From contig CADCLU010000002.1 of NCBI GenBank assembly GCA_902802355.1, positions 27,573 to 91,572 of the forward strand: a stretch of DNA of 64,000 bases, given 5' to 3'. Numbering within the stretch: position 1 is the stretch's first letter; every line of letters starts with the position of its first letter. Shown piece by piece: positions 37,426 through 46,890 of this stretch. The notes under the pieces were generated by a model. That model was given only the letters and a program-made list of their open reading frames with translations. It was not told where the DNA came from and made no database searches. The stretch comes from an uncultured Erysipelotrichaceae bacterium (GTDB taxonomy: Bacteria; Bacillota_I; Bacilli_A; RFN20; CAG-826). The position numbers and the translations under genes are program-made.

Positions 37426-39363
37426 CTAGCCGACTATCTGCCAACCATCGAATGGGTTCATGCCTAAATTGATGGCGAGGAACATACCTAAGAAAGCAAG
37501 CACTAGAGACACAATCATAAGAGGTGTCCTGGTGCTCTTTTCTTTTGCCAAGGTGGAGTAGGAAGAATAGAAGACGGATAGCACCCAGATTCCGGCAAGA
37601 GGCCAGAAGTAAAGGATGTAGCGCATGCAGACGCCGCCAAGGCAATACATGAGCCAGCAAAGGATGAAGAGAAGGAACGGAGGCAGGATGAGATAGAGCC
37701 ATTCATCATATTTCTTGTTGGCCATAAGCCCTACTGGAAGAAGGAGAGCAAGATAAACCATTGGGTTAGCAAGCACACCAACGGAATCGGTAATATAGAC
37801 ATGGGTTTCATGGGCCAATCTCACATTCTGGGTTGTGAAGAATGGGAACTTATCAAAGGCAAAAAACCCTGCAAATCCCGCCTCTTGTATATTTTGGGAG
37901 AAGACAGGCTGCTGCCAGAAATAGTGATAGAAAGCATTGAAGAAACCTTCTCCCTTTAGAGTGTTCGTTCTAGGATCGTTGATGGTTAATTGATAGTTCG
38001 ATCCGAATTCGGTAAAACTGCCAAAACGGAGGTAGTTATAACTTGCTAAAGCGACACCTCCAACGAGAAGAATCGCAGCGAAAGGAATGAGAGGGAAAAG
38101 GTCTCTCTTCTTGCCTTTGGTGAGTTCCGTCCTTCCTTCGAGGATATATCTCACAAGGAATGGAACGACAAGGATGGCGAGGATGCCAACTTCAGGTCTT
38201 GATCCCATGATGAGGACATAGAACAAAGCGGACAATCCCCAGTAGAGATGCTGTTTGAATTTCTCACGTTTGAGGCCTTCGAAGAAGTAAGTGAGGAAGA
38301 GGGTCATTCCCACTGCCGCATAAGCGAAAGGAATGCGGTACTTCCAGTCCGTCCATCTGAAGTTAAGGAAGTTATAGCCTAAGGTTGAGACAAAGATAAG
38401 GAAGCTGAAGGTATAGAAGAACCAGCTTGGGAGATTTGCTGCATATTTTTCTTTAAGAACGAGCGAGAGTCTAAATATGCCATAGGCATAAAGGATTGTC
38501 GCAAGGGCGAGGCAGAATAGTCCATTAGGAACAAGAGTGAATCCCGAAAGGAGATAGAACGGATACATCACGAAGAAGATCGGGGCGACGCCGTAGTAGG
38601 AATAATAATGGCCTTGGTAATAGACGGTGTCCCAGAAATAGCTGATGCCCGTTCTTTGATATGGGTCATATGGATTCTGGAGGGCCGCAAGCGCAGGATC
38701 AGGTTCACCAACAAGGTGAAGCTGCCCATGCATGAAAGCGTCGAACTGGTTGTAGTAGAGATATGGGTTATCCTCGAGATACTTAAGGCCATCCTCAAAT
38801 GGATAGGCATCAAAGAAGTTCTCTGGATGTGCTGCCGTGAAGAAAAGGAAAACAATGAAGAAAGAGACAAAAGCCACTCTAATAATCGAGAGGTCTTTGT
38901 GTTCCGCATAGGATTTGCTGAAGTTTCCGACCAAATAGGCAAGGAGAGTGAACGCCCCTAACCTCATTCCGGAAAGAAGGTAGATGGACCAACTCTGGAA
39001 GAGGGTTATCTCGAAGATGAATCCAAGGAGAGCAATCGCGGCTTTGGCGATCGGGGCAACGGACTCTCTATTCAGTTTCTTCCAGTTGAGTTTGATGAGA
39101 GGGGTTATCTCTCTGGCGAGAAGCGAGATGAAAACATAGCCGACAAAGATGTTGGCTGGCATAACCTCGCTTGATCCAAGACCAATAAGGCCAGCGATAA
39201 GGGAAAGGAGAGCGCCTAATCCATAGTTCCAAAGTTCTTCCTGAACAAGCGGGTTCTTTAAAGTGACTTGCTCTTCTTTTCTCTTAAAGAATCTGACTGC
39301 GAAAAAGATTCCATCAAGGAGCAAGGGCGCAACAAAAGCAAAGACGAACAAAGCCCATTTCAT
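37426..39363 (-). CDS. large polytopic membrane protein (second GT-C-like candidate)
   Basis: 645 aa, more than 12 TM helices, and an aromatic-rich loop DPYQRTGISYFWDTVYYQGHYY. Confidence 0.45.
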   Translation of the reverse strand: MKWALFVFAFVAPLLLDGIFFAVRFFKRKEEQVTLKNPLVQEELWNYGLGALLSLIAGLIGLGSSEVMPANIFVGYVFISLLAREITPLIKLNWKKLNRESVAPIAKAAIALLGFIFEITLFQSWSIYLLSGMRLGAFTLLAYLVGNFSKSYAEHKDLSIIRVAFVSFFIVFLFFTAAHPENFFDAYPFEDGLKYLEDNPYLYYNQFDAFMHGQLHLVGEPDPALAALQNPYDPYQRTGISYFWDTVYYQGHYYSYYGVAPIFFVMYPFYLLSGFTLVPNGLFCLALATILYAYGIFRLSLVLKEKYAANLPSWFFYTFSFLIFVSTLGYNFLNFRWTDWKYRIPFAYAAVGMTLFLTYFFEGLKREKFKQHLYWGLSALFYVLIMGSRPEVGILAILVVPFLVRYILEGRTELTKGKKRDLFPLIPFAAILLVGGVALASYNYLRFGSFTEFGSNYQLTINDPRTNTLKGEGFFNAFYHYFWQQPVFSQNIQEAGFAGFFAFDKFPFFTTQNVRLAHETHVYITDSVGVLANPMVYLALLLPVGLMANKKYDEWLYLILPPFLLFILCWLMYCLGGVCMRYILYFWPLAGIWVLSVFYSSYSTLAKEKSTRTPLMIVSLVLAFLGMFLAINLGMNPFDGWQIVG

Positions 39364-39366
39364 GGT

Positions 39367-40143
39367 TTATAGATTCCTCCAGAAAGGAACTGATTTCCTA
39401 AGATCTTCCTTAGATTTGACCTCAAGAAGAACGTAGGCATCGTTCTTTTCGGCCATCTTTTTGAAATCCTTTAATTTCTCACCAAGGGTTCCTTCACCGA
39501 GAGCGAGGTGGTTTCTCTTTCCATCGGAATCATGGATATGGAATTCGTCGAATTTGAGAGGGAGCTTCTTTGACAATTCGTATAACCAATCTCCCATCAC
39601 GGCATCATGTCCGATATCAAAATTGAAATGGAAACCAGCGTTCATCTCATCGCGGTAGACGTCTTTTAGGAAGGTGGCGTCTGGGCAGGTATCGGTGTTC
39701 TCAATGACGAGCTTGATGCCCATTTTCTCACAGATCTCTTTGGCCTTCGTGTAAGCAGGGATAAGCCTCTTGATGTATGAGTCGTATTCTTTCTCATAGA
39801 CATAGTTCCTCTTGCCAGAGATGGTGACGAGAGGTCCTCCGTTGTTATGGAAGTTCATCATCCTCACATAACCTTCTCCGAGAGAGGCATATCTCTCTAA
39901 GAGTTTGAGGTAACCTTCCACTACTTCGGGATATGATCCTAAATCCGCTTCGTCATAGAAATGAAGCGTGATTTGCAGGGGATATTTCTTTAAAAGCTCA
40001 GGAATTTTGCCTTCTTCCATCTCTTTGCGGCAATAGGAAAAATTGAGATTGAGCTCAACGAAGTCGAGCCCAAGTTCCGTTGCGAGAATGAGATTCTCCT
40101 CAATGGTCTCGTACTCAAAGAGGATCGGCATTCCTAGTTTCAT
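39367..40143 (-). CDS. sugar phosphate isomerase/epimerase (xylose-isomerase-like TIM barrel)
   Basis: 258 aa with an FVELN...VIEN...HIHD pattern of metal ligands. Confidence 0.65.
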   Translation of the reverse strand: MKLGMPILFEYETIEENLILATELGLDFVELNLNFSYCRKEMEEGKIPELLKKYPLQITLHFYDEADLGSYPEVVEGYLKLLERYASLGEGYVRMMNFHNNGGPLVTISGKRNYVYEKEYDSYIKRLIPAYTKAKEICEKMGIKLVIENTDTCPDATFLKDVYRDEMNAGFHFNFDIGHDAVMGDWLYELSKKLPLKFDEFHIHDSDGKRNHLALGEGTLGEKLKDFKKMAEKNDAYVLLEVKSKEDLRKSVPFWRNL

Positions 40144-40146
40144 TGT

Positions 40147-41298
40147 TTAAGCGATTACCCTCACACGAAGAACGCCTGGGACTTCTAAGAGTTCCTTCAT
40201 GTCGACTTCCTTATCGGCGTCGATGATGGTGTAGGCGTATTCGTTCCTTGATTTATTGACGAGGGAGGCGATGTTACCTCCGTCTCTGGAGATGATTGTC
40301 GTGAAGTTATTGATCATGCCAGGGATGTTTTTGTGGTTGATGCAGATTCTGACGCCTTGGCCTTTCTTGCCTGCATCAGCGGCTGGATAGTTAACGGAGT
40401 TAGAGATGTTTCCGTTCTCAAGGTAATCCTTGAGCTCACTGATGGCCATGAGAGCGCAGTTGTCCTCTGCCTCTTCGGTTGAAGCGCCTAAGTGAGGGAA
40501 ACACATGGTGTTAGGCATCTTGACGACGTTCGGGTTAGCGAAGTCGGTGACGTATTTCTTGATCTTGCCTTCTTCGAGGGCGTTCTTAAGAGCCTCTTCG
40601 TCGATGATGCCATCACGGGAAAGATTAAGGATGGTCGCACCGTCTTTCATCTTGCTGATGAGCTCTTTGCCAATAAGGCCTTTGGTCGAATCGGTAAGAG
40701 GGATATGGATGGTGAGGAAATCAACGTCTTTGACCGCTTCTTCTAAAGAAGAGACATAGGTGACTCTCTTATTGAGAAGCATGGCGTTATGAATTGAGAG
40801 ATATGGGTCGTATCCGATGACCTGCATGCCTAAATCAACGCAGGCATTGGCAACGAGGACGCCGATAGCGCCAAGACCAAGAACGGCAATGCTCTTATGG
40901 AACACTTCGTTTCCGGCAAACTGGGATTTGGCTTTTTCAGCGGATTTGGCGATGTTCTCATCCCCTGCATTCTCTTTGACCCAAAGGTTGCCGCCGATGA
41001 TATCGCGGCTAGCAAGAAGGAGGGAAGCGATGACGAGTTCTTTGACGGCGTTCGCATTCGCGCCTGGGGTATTGAAGACCACCACGCCTTTCTCGGCGTA
41101 GTCTTGTAATGGGATGTTATTGACTCCAGCACCGGCTCTAGCAACGGCAAGGATGTTCTCTGGGAGAGCCATCTCATGCATCTTGGAGCTTCTGACGAGG
41201 ATCGAATCGGCTTCGTTAAGCGATTCGACGGTCTTGTCGCCATCCTTAAGGGTCGCTAAAGCGACTTTCGAGATCTTGTCTAAGCAATAGGCTTTCAT
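40147..41298 (-). CDS. serA: D-3-phosphoglycerate dehydrogenase (with C-terminal ACT domain)
   Basis: 2-hydroxyacid dehydrogenase fold, NAD motif VLGLGAIGVLVA, catalytic FPHLGAST, ACT-like tail. Adjacent to serC. Confidence 0.85.
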   Translation of the reverse strand: MKAYCLDKISKVALATLKDGDKTVESLNEADSILVRSSKMHEMALPENILAVARAGAGVNNIPLQDYAEKGVVVFNTPGANANAVKELVIASLLLASRDIIGGNLWVKENAGDENIAKSAEKAKSQFAGNEVFHKSIAVLGLGAIGVLVANACVDLGMQVIGYDPYLSIHNAMLLNKRVTYVSSLEEAVKDVDFLTIHIPLTDSTKGLIGKELISKMKDGATILNLSRDGIIDEEALKNALEEGKIKKYVTDFANPNVVKMPNTMCFPHLGASTEEAEDNCALMAISELKDYLENGNISNSVNYPAADAGKKGQGVRICINHKNIPGMINNFTTIISRDGGNIASLVNKSRNEYAYTIIDADKEVDMKELLEVPGVLRVRVIA

Positions 41299-42378
41299 TT
41301 AGAGATGCTCCTTTTCGAATTCCTTCATGAACTCGACGAGGGCTTTGACGCCTTCGAGGGTCATGGCGTTATAGATCGAGGCTCTCATGCCTCCAACGGC
41401 TCTATGGCCTTTGATGGAGATGATGCCGTGTTTTTTGGCTTCTTCGCAGAAGAGAGCGTCTAACTCAGGATCGTTTGTCTTGAAGGTGACGTTCATGATT
41501 GAGCGGCTATCTTTATCAGCGACAGCGATGTATTTCGAGTGATCGAGGTAATCGTAGAGATAGTTGGCTTTCTCTTCGTTCCTCTTCTTCATCTCTTCTA
41601 AGCCACCTTGCTTCTTAAGCCATTTGAAGACTTTTCCGCACATATAGATGCCGAAGCAGTTTGGGGTGTTGTATAAGCTATTCGCATCGGTCTGGGTTTT
41701 CCACTTGAGCATGGTCGGAGTGACGATATCGAGATCTTCGCGGATAAGGTCTTCGCGGATGATGACGATGGCAAGGCCAGCTGGGCCGACGTTCTTTTGA
41801 ACGCCTGCGTAAATGACGCCGTATTTGCTGACGTCACATGGCTCACTGAGGAAGCAAGAAGACTGATCGGCGACGAGAGGTTTTCCTTTTGTGTCAGGAA
41901 GTTTATGGAACTTCGTGCCATAAACGGTGTTATTCTCACAGATATGGACATAGTCGGCATCTTCCCTGATTGGGAGGTTGTCGAGATTAGGGATATGGGT
42001 GAAGTTATCGTCCTTTGAGGAAGCGATGACTTGGCAATCACCGAAGATGCAGCCTTCTTTGTAGGCTTTCGTGGAGAAAAGGCCAGTGAGGATATAGTCC
42101 GCTTTCTTGTTCTTCATGAGATTCATCGGAACGGCAGCGAACTGGGTTGAAGCGCCGCCCTGGCAGAATATGACCTGATAGTTCTCTGGGATCTTAAGAA
42201 GATCGCGGAGATCGGAGATGGCTTCATCTAGGACTTTCTCAAAAGGCTTTGTGCGGTGAGACATCTCCATGATGGACATGCCAGTCCCCTCAAAGTCGAG
42301 AAGTTCCTCTTGGGCCTCTTTGAGGACGTCAAGAGGGAGGGTCGCAGGACCTGCTGAGAAGTTAAACACTCGCTTCAT
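41299..42378 (-). CDS. serC: phosphoserine aminotransferase
   Basis: FNFSAGPATLP N-terminus, QGGASTQF, PLP-Lys region YAGVQKNVGPAG. Confidence 0.9.
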   Translation of the reverse strand: MKRVFNFSAGPATLPLDVLKEAQEELLDFEGTGMSIMEMSHRTKPFEKVLDEAISDLRDLLKIPENYQVIFCQGGASTQFAAVPMNLMKNKKADYILTGLFSTKAYKEGCIFGDCQVIASSKDDNFTHIPNLDNLPIREDADYVHICENNTVYGTKFHKLPDTKGKPLVADQSSCFLSEPCDVSKYGVIYAGVQKNVGPAGLAIVIIREDLIREDLDIVTPTMLKWKTQTDANSLYNTPNCFGIYMCGKVFKWLKKQGGLEEMKKRNEEKANYLYDYLDHSKYIAVADKDSRSIMNVTFKTNDPELDALFCEEAKKHGIISIKGHRAVGGMRASIYNAMTLEGVKALVEFMKEFEKEHL

Positions 42379-42488
42379 AAATATCTCCCGTAACGTAAAC
42401 GAAAAATGCTACCTATGATTTTATCATAAGCCTTTCTTCAAAAGTCACTCTTCTTTTTCGGAATCCTAAGCAAAACTTGATTAAAAAT

Positions 42489-42516
42489 CAAAAAAGCCGA
42501 AGCAAAAGCCTCGGCT
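42489..42516 (-). terminator. rho-independent terminator after lipoprotein gene
   Basis: Stem agccgaagc/gcctcggct with a T-run on the minus strand. Confidence 0.6.
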
Positions 42517-42545
42517 AATTTGTGTTTTTTCCGAAGTCCTAAGAC

Positions 42546-43370
42546 TTACTTGTACATTAACCAAATCTCAGTGATGTTGAGATTGTAGGACTCTAAACGG
42601 GTGTAGGTGAGCTTGAAGTCGCCAGCGGCGATGGAAGCCATGGTGCCCATTTCGCAGAGGCAGAAGGAGCTGTTGCCGTTCTCGCCAGCGGTCATGCCCA
42701 TTTCTTCATAGGTCTTGGTGTTGGTGATGGTGAGATCAGTATCGTTGACCTTAACTCCGACGTTGGCGCTGCCATCTCCGGCTTTGGTGGAGAAGAAGCC
42801 TCTCTGGTCGTTGTTGTTGCTGCCATCTTTCCAGTAGTCGACCCAGCCATAGACGCCGATGGTGACGTTGGTTAAGGCAGTTGGCATGTTGAATTCATAC
42901 TCAGCGTAGTTGCCGTTGGTGCTGAACTTGAGGGTGGCACCGGTGTTATCCTTGTTGGAGCCTTCGATCTTAGTCCAATCCAAAGCATCGATGATGATGG
43001 CTTTGGTGTGGCAGACGGAACACTCATTGGTCCAGTAACCGGTCTTGCCTTCGGCTTCGACCTTTTCGCTTCTGGTTCCCCAGGTATGTGGGGTCTTGGC
43101 GATGACGGTCTCTTTGACGCTGCCTAAGCTGCTGTTGATGCAGACTTCGACGTCCTTGCCTTCGTGTTCGCAGTTGGCGTCAACGTGCTGGGAGGCGTCT
43201 TTTGACCAGATGGCAGAGAATTTGCTGGTCGAGGATTTTTTGGAGGAGGCAGCCTTGCTGGTGCTGGCGGAAGCGTCGGCGGTTGATTCGCCGGCCTCTG
43301 GTCCACCACAGCTGGCAAGCATCATGCTGCCAAGCATCGCGGAGGCCAAAAGAATTTTTGAAACTTTCAT
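42546..43370 (-). CDS. lipoprotein with Ser-rich linker and Cys-containing beta-sandwich-like domain
   Basis: Signal MKVSKILLASAMLGSMMLASC, linker ASASTSKAASSKKSSTSK. Confidence 0.6.
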   Translation of the reverse strand: MKVSKILLASAMLGSMMLASCGGPEAGESTADASASTSKAASSKKSSTSKFSAIWSKDASQHVDANCEHEGKDVEVCINSSLGSVKETVIAKTPHTWGTRSEKVEAEGKTGYWTNECSVCHTKAIIIDALDWTKIEGSNKDNTGATLKFSTNGNYAEYEFNMPTALTNVTIGVYGWVDYWKDGSNNNDQRGFFSTKAGDGSANVGVKVNDTDLTITNTKTYEEMGMTAGENGNSSFCLCEMGTMASIAAGDFKLTYTRLESYNLNITEIWLMYK

Positions 43371-43617
43371 GTTTAACCTTTCTCGAAGCTATTGCTTCAT
43401 AAAAAAACACATAAATCGAGATTTCTGGCGAATATTCGGCTTATATGTATAGGATTATTGTAAATCAATATTACCCCATTTCAAGGAAATGCCTATTACC
43501 AAGTCCCGACAATTATGTGTTTTTCGTCCAAAAGTAATCTTTAAAATCGAAATAGCCTCTTTTTGTTTGGAGGGAAATTAAGGTAAAATAAATTTACATT
43601 CAGAAAGGTTTGAATAT

Positions 43618-44124
43618 ATGCAAGTCAGCATCAGGAACAAATGGATTTCTTTGCGCGGTGGCTCAACCGTCAAAGATATGAACGAGAAGGACGTTCTTTA
43701 CGTCAAAGGCAAATTCTTCACCTTCACGAGAAAGAAATTCGTTCAGGATATGAGCGGAAATCTCCTCTACACCGTCAGAAACAAATTCTGGACGTTCTTC
43801 GTCAGAAAAGCCCTTGTCTACGATAAGGATGGCAACCAGGTCGCCTTCATGAAGAAGAAATTCTGGTCTTTCCATGACCACTACTTCATCGACACCAAGC
43901 TCGGCCAGATTGAAATCAGAGGCAACATCCTCTGCTTCGACTACCACATCTCCCTTAAAGGTAAGGAAATCGGACATGTCTCGAGAAAAATCTCCTTGAG
44001 AGATTCCTTCGTCCTCAGCCTTGATGACGAATACGATAAGGAGCTTCCATTCTTCGTCGCTCTCGTCATCGCGATCGACAACATCACCGACCAGAGAAGA
44101 GACGACAACTCAAATAACTATTAA
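43618..44124 (+). CDS. LURP-one-related/DUF567 (YxjI-like, tubby-fold) protein
   Basis: 168 aa with repeated beta-hairpin pattern KFFTFTRKKF...NKFWTFF...KKFWSFHDHY. Confidence 0.65.
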   Translation: MQVSIRNKWISLRGGSTVKDMNEKDVLYVKGKFFTFTRKKFVQDMSGNLLYTVRNKFWTFFVRKALVYDKDGNQVAFMKKKFWSFHDHYFIDTKLGQIEIRGNILCFDYHISLKGKEIGHVSRKISLRDSFVLSLDDEYDKELPFFVALVIAIDNITDQRRDDNSNNY

Positions 44125-44134
44125 GCTTAAGCAA

Positions 44135-44165
44135 AAGAAAAACCGGGTTTGTCCCGGTTTTTTTG
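44135..44165. terminator. bidirectional terminator between convergent genes
   Basis: Stem aaccggg/cccggtt, loop tttgt, flanked by an A-run and a T-run. Confidence 0.7.
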
Positions 44166-45515
44166 TTATTCCTTTTTCTCCTTTTCGTAGAAGAGCGCGA
44201 TCCTTCTTAGATAGGCATTTTCTCTCTTGTCCTTGCTGACGTCATCAAGATAAGCCTTCATTGAATTGAGGTTATGCTTCTGGTCAAGCGAATCCATGTA
44301 GTGATAGTAATCGATGATGGCCAGATAGTATTCCATGAAGAAGGTGTTCTGGATCTGGGTGTCGATGATGCCTTCGAAGTTCTTCTTGAGCTTGGACCTT
44401 TCTTTGTAGGTCTTCTTAAGCCATTCCTTGGCCTCTTCTTTATTGCCTAAGAAATCATTGGAGACGTAAAGGTTCCTATAGATATAGGCTCTGATGAGGG
44501 AATCGAGTCCGATGGCATCTGCGTTGTCATCCTTCTTGCCCGAACTCTCAAGCACCTCGAGGTTCTCAAGGGTCTTGTGGGAGTATTCGATTGCTCTTTT
44601 GTGCAGCCCCGTCCTGTCTTCATTATCAAGGCTTTCGTTGTTGGCAAGAAGCATGTAGGCGAAGGAATAATGGTTGTAGATATAAGTCCTCATCCACTGC
44701 GAGAAATAATCATCTACTTCTGGGTCTTCGAGTTCGAGGTCATCGAAAATCTGCCTATAGCTTTCCCTGAACTCGCAGAAGGTGTCCTCGTCGATGTAGA
44801 CGTTTGAGGTCTCTGGATAGGATTTGATCTCACTTGTGAGTTTGAAGAAAGAGAGACACATCTTGACTGAGCATCTGAGTTCTAGCGAGAACTCGGTGTT
44901 ATGCTCACGATGGAACTTCTCGATTTCCTTTTGGACCTTCTTCTCGTCCTCGAACATGTGGGCGGCTTGCATATAGAAGATGATGTATTGGGCAAGCTCA
45001 TAGTCGGAGCACTTTGAGCCAGCGCTCGAATAATGGGAAGCGATTTTCTCTTTGATCTGATAACGGTTGTCGATGAGGGTCATCTTCTCCTCAGGAATCG
45101 ACATCTTCTGTCTCTTGAGGAAGTAATCGACGATGCCTCTTGCGAAGGCCTCATCATCACCAGATGCGATAGGCTCGACGAAGGAGCTATCGAAGTCGGA
45201 TGGGAGGACGATCTTCTCTTCCCTCTTCTTGACGCAGTGGATTTTCCTCGTGCCATATCTAGCAAGGACGTAGCCGAGCTCAAAGAAGACGTTGTTGCTC
45301 ACATTGCCGTCGGCCTTGTTCTGGAAGATGACGATGGCTTGGTTGCAGCTTTTGATCTGCTGGATGATCGTGTCCCCTACAGACGAATACTGGGAGTCGT
45401 TGTCGCTGTTTCCGCCTATATAGCAGATGTAGTCGTGCTCGTTATCGAGTATCTCTTTGACTTTCTCGGCGACTGATCTTGTTCCGCTCCAGGCGATGAA
45501 TACCTTTCCTCTCAT
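44166..45515 (-). CDS. TIR-like (COG4271/Cap12-type) nucleotide-binding domain fused to alpha-helical TPR-like domain
   Basis: N-terminal ~130 aa: KVFIAWSG..., GDTIIQQI..., AIVIFQNKADG, NNVFFELGYVLARYG, VLPSDF. The C-terminal ~300 aa are helical and repeat-like. Confidence 0.6.
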   Translation of the reverse strand: MRGKVFIAWSGTRSVAEKVKEILDNEHDYICYIGGNSDNDSQYSSVGDTIIQQIKSCNQAIVIFQNKADGNVSNNVFFELGYVLARYGTRKIHCVKKREEKIVLPSDFDSSFVEPIASGDDEAFARGIVDYFLKRQKMSIPEEKMTLIDNRYQIKEKIASHYSSAGSKCSDYELAQYIIFYMQAAHMFEDEKKVQKEIEKFHREHNTEFSLELRCSVKMCLSFFKLTSEIKSYPETSNVYIDEDTFCEFRESYRQIFDDLELEDPEVDDYFSQWMRTYIYNHYSFAYMLLANNESLDNEDRTGLHKRAIEYSHKTLENLEVLESSGKKDDNADAIGLDSLIRAYIYRNLYVSNDFLGNKEEAKEWLKKTYKERSKLKKNFEGIIDTQIQNTFFMEYYLAIIDYYHYMDSLDQKHNLNSMKAYLDDVSKDKRENAYLRRIALFYEKEKKE

Positions 45516-45524
45516 GGTGTTACC

Positions 45525-46169
45525 TCACTTTAGATTTTCTATGTCGTCTATTTTTTCCTGAATCTTGTTGATGAGCCTCGCGGAATGAACACCATCCACT
45601 AAGGCGTGGTGTCCGGCGACATCGAAGGCCATTTCGTATTTATCGCCCTTAAGAACATACTTGCCCCAAGTGACCCTTGGGATGCTCGTTTGCTCTTTGT
45701 CGGTGAAGTTATATGGGTTATTCATTGAGGTGAAATCGATCCACTGGAGGCTAGAGACGAAAATCCTATCGATTCTCTTAATCGATTCGAAGCCTTCGGA
45801 TTCCTCGTGTCTCGCTCTTTCGATGTCGGCTTTCGCCATTCTGTGGAACATTTCGTAGTCGGAGATAGACTCACTCAAGCAGGTGACGAGCTCATCATCC
45901 TCTTTGAGAACGATATAGCTTGGATGGACTTTATCAAAGATAACGACCTCATCGTCTTTGATTCTCATCCTCCACTCAGGAATCTCGTTCATGGCCTCGC
46001 TCATGATGTAGAGGAGAGTCACGAAGAAGGATTTCTTGTTCTCTTTGCAGAATTTGACGAGTTTGGTGACATCAAGCCTCACGGTGACCGAAAAGATTGG
46101 GTTCGTGTATTTGATGAAGTTCTCGTATTGGGCTCTTCTCGCCCAGTTCTTGATATCGATTTTTTCCAT
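45525..46169 (-). CDS. chloramphenicol-acetyltransferase-family (type A CAT-like) acetyltransferase
   Basis: 214 aa. C-terminal catalytic block AGHHALVDGVHSARL (compare the HHAVCDG signature). Confidence 0.75.
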   Translation of the reverse strand: MEKIDIKNWARRAQYENFIKYTNPIFSVTVRLDVTKLVKFCKENKKSFFVTLLYIMSEAMNEIPEWRMRIKDDEVVIFDKVHPSYIVLKEDDELVTCLSESISDYEMFHRMAKADIERARHEESEGFESIKRIDRIFVSSLQWIDFTSMNNPYNFTDKEQTSIPRVTWGKYVLKGDKYEMAFDVAGHHALVDGVHSARLINKIQEKIDDIENLK

Positions 46170-46170
46170 G

Positions 46171-46836
46171 TTACTTGATGATTTCCTTTAGACCTCTGAG
46201 GTCATTAATGATGCGAGCGTGTTCTTTCGCGAATTCGTTTGGTGGGATGAGGTCCACTGCCATGACTGGGATGAAACCACCTCTCACTGCCGCTTCGATG
46301 CCGTTGATTGAATCTTCGACAACGATAGAGCTTGAAGGATCTTCGCCAAGCTTCTTCGCTGCTTCTAAGAACATATATGGGTCAGGTTTTGATTTGCCTA
46401 GAGCGTCTTCCGCGTAGATAGCCTCGTCAAAAACCCCTGCAATTTCCATCTCTTTTAGTTTGAAGAGCATCTCTGCTCTCGCTTTATGGGAGGAAGTCGC
46501 TAAAGCGGTCTTGATACCTTTACCCTTAAGGAATTCGATCGTTTCCTTAAAGAAAGGCTTAATCTCAAAGTCGCCCACGCTGATATCGTGGTTGACGCTT
46601 TCGAGCATGAAGTCACGGTAGGCATCTACGTCAAGAGCTGGGCGATGGACTCTAAGCTCATCGCGGACAAGCTTCTCGTTCTTACCGCACATCCCTTGGC
46701 GATACTCTTCGCCGATTTCGACCTCGAATTTTTTGTTAGCCGCCAAAAAGGCCTTCTTCCAAAGGCTTTCGGTATCGAAGATGACGCCATCCATATCGAA
46801 AATGACGGCGGTTATCTTTTTGGCTTCTTTAATCAC
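46171..46836 (-). CDS. HAD-superfamily hydrolase (beta-phosphoglucomutase-like subfamily IA)
   Basis: AVIFDMDGVIFDTE (DxDG), ATSS, KSKPDP and VEDSINGIEAA motifs. Confidence 0.8.
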   Translation of the reverse strand: MIKEAKKITAVIFDMDGVIFDTESLWKKAFLAANKKFEVEIGEEYRQGMCGKNEKLVRDELRVHRPALDVDAYRDFMLESVNHDISVGDFEIKPFFKETIEFLKGKGIKTALATSSHKARAEMLFKLKEMEIAGVFDEAIYAEDALGKSKPDPYMFLEAAKKLGEDPSSSIVVEDSINGIEAAVRGGFIPVMAVDLIPPNEFAKEHARIINDLRGLKEIIK

Positions 46837-46890
46837 TTTCTTGACCTTTCCGTTTGATTATATCAAAGGCACGTGGTTGCCGAGAAGAGT

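Noticed and set aside
45525-46169. CAT-like gene as a mobile antibiotic-resistance cassette
   Set aside because: No transposase, integrase, attC-like site or flanking repeats are present. Composition is similar to neighbours and the gene is embedded in a tight chromosomal operon.
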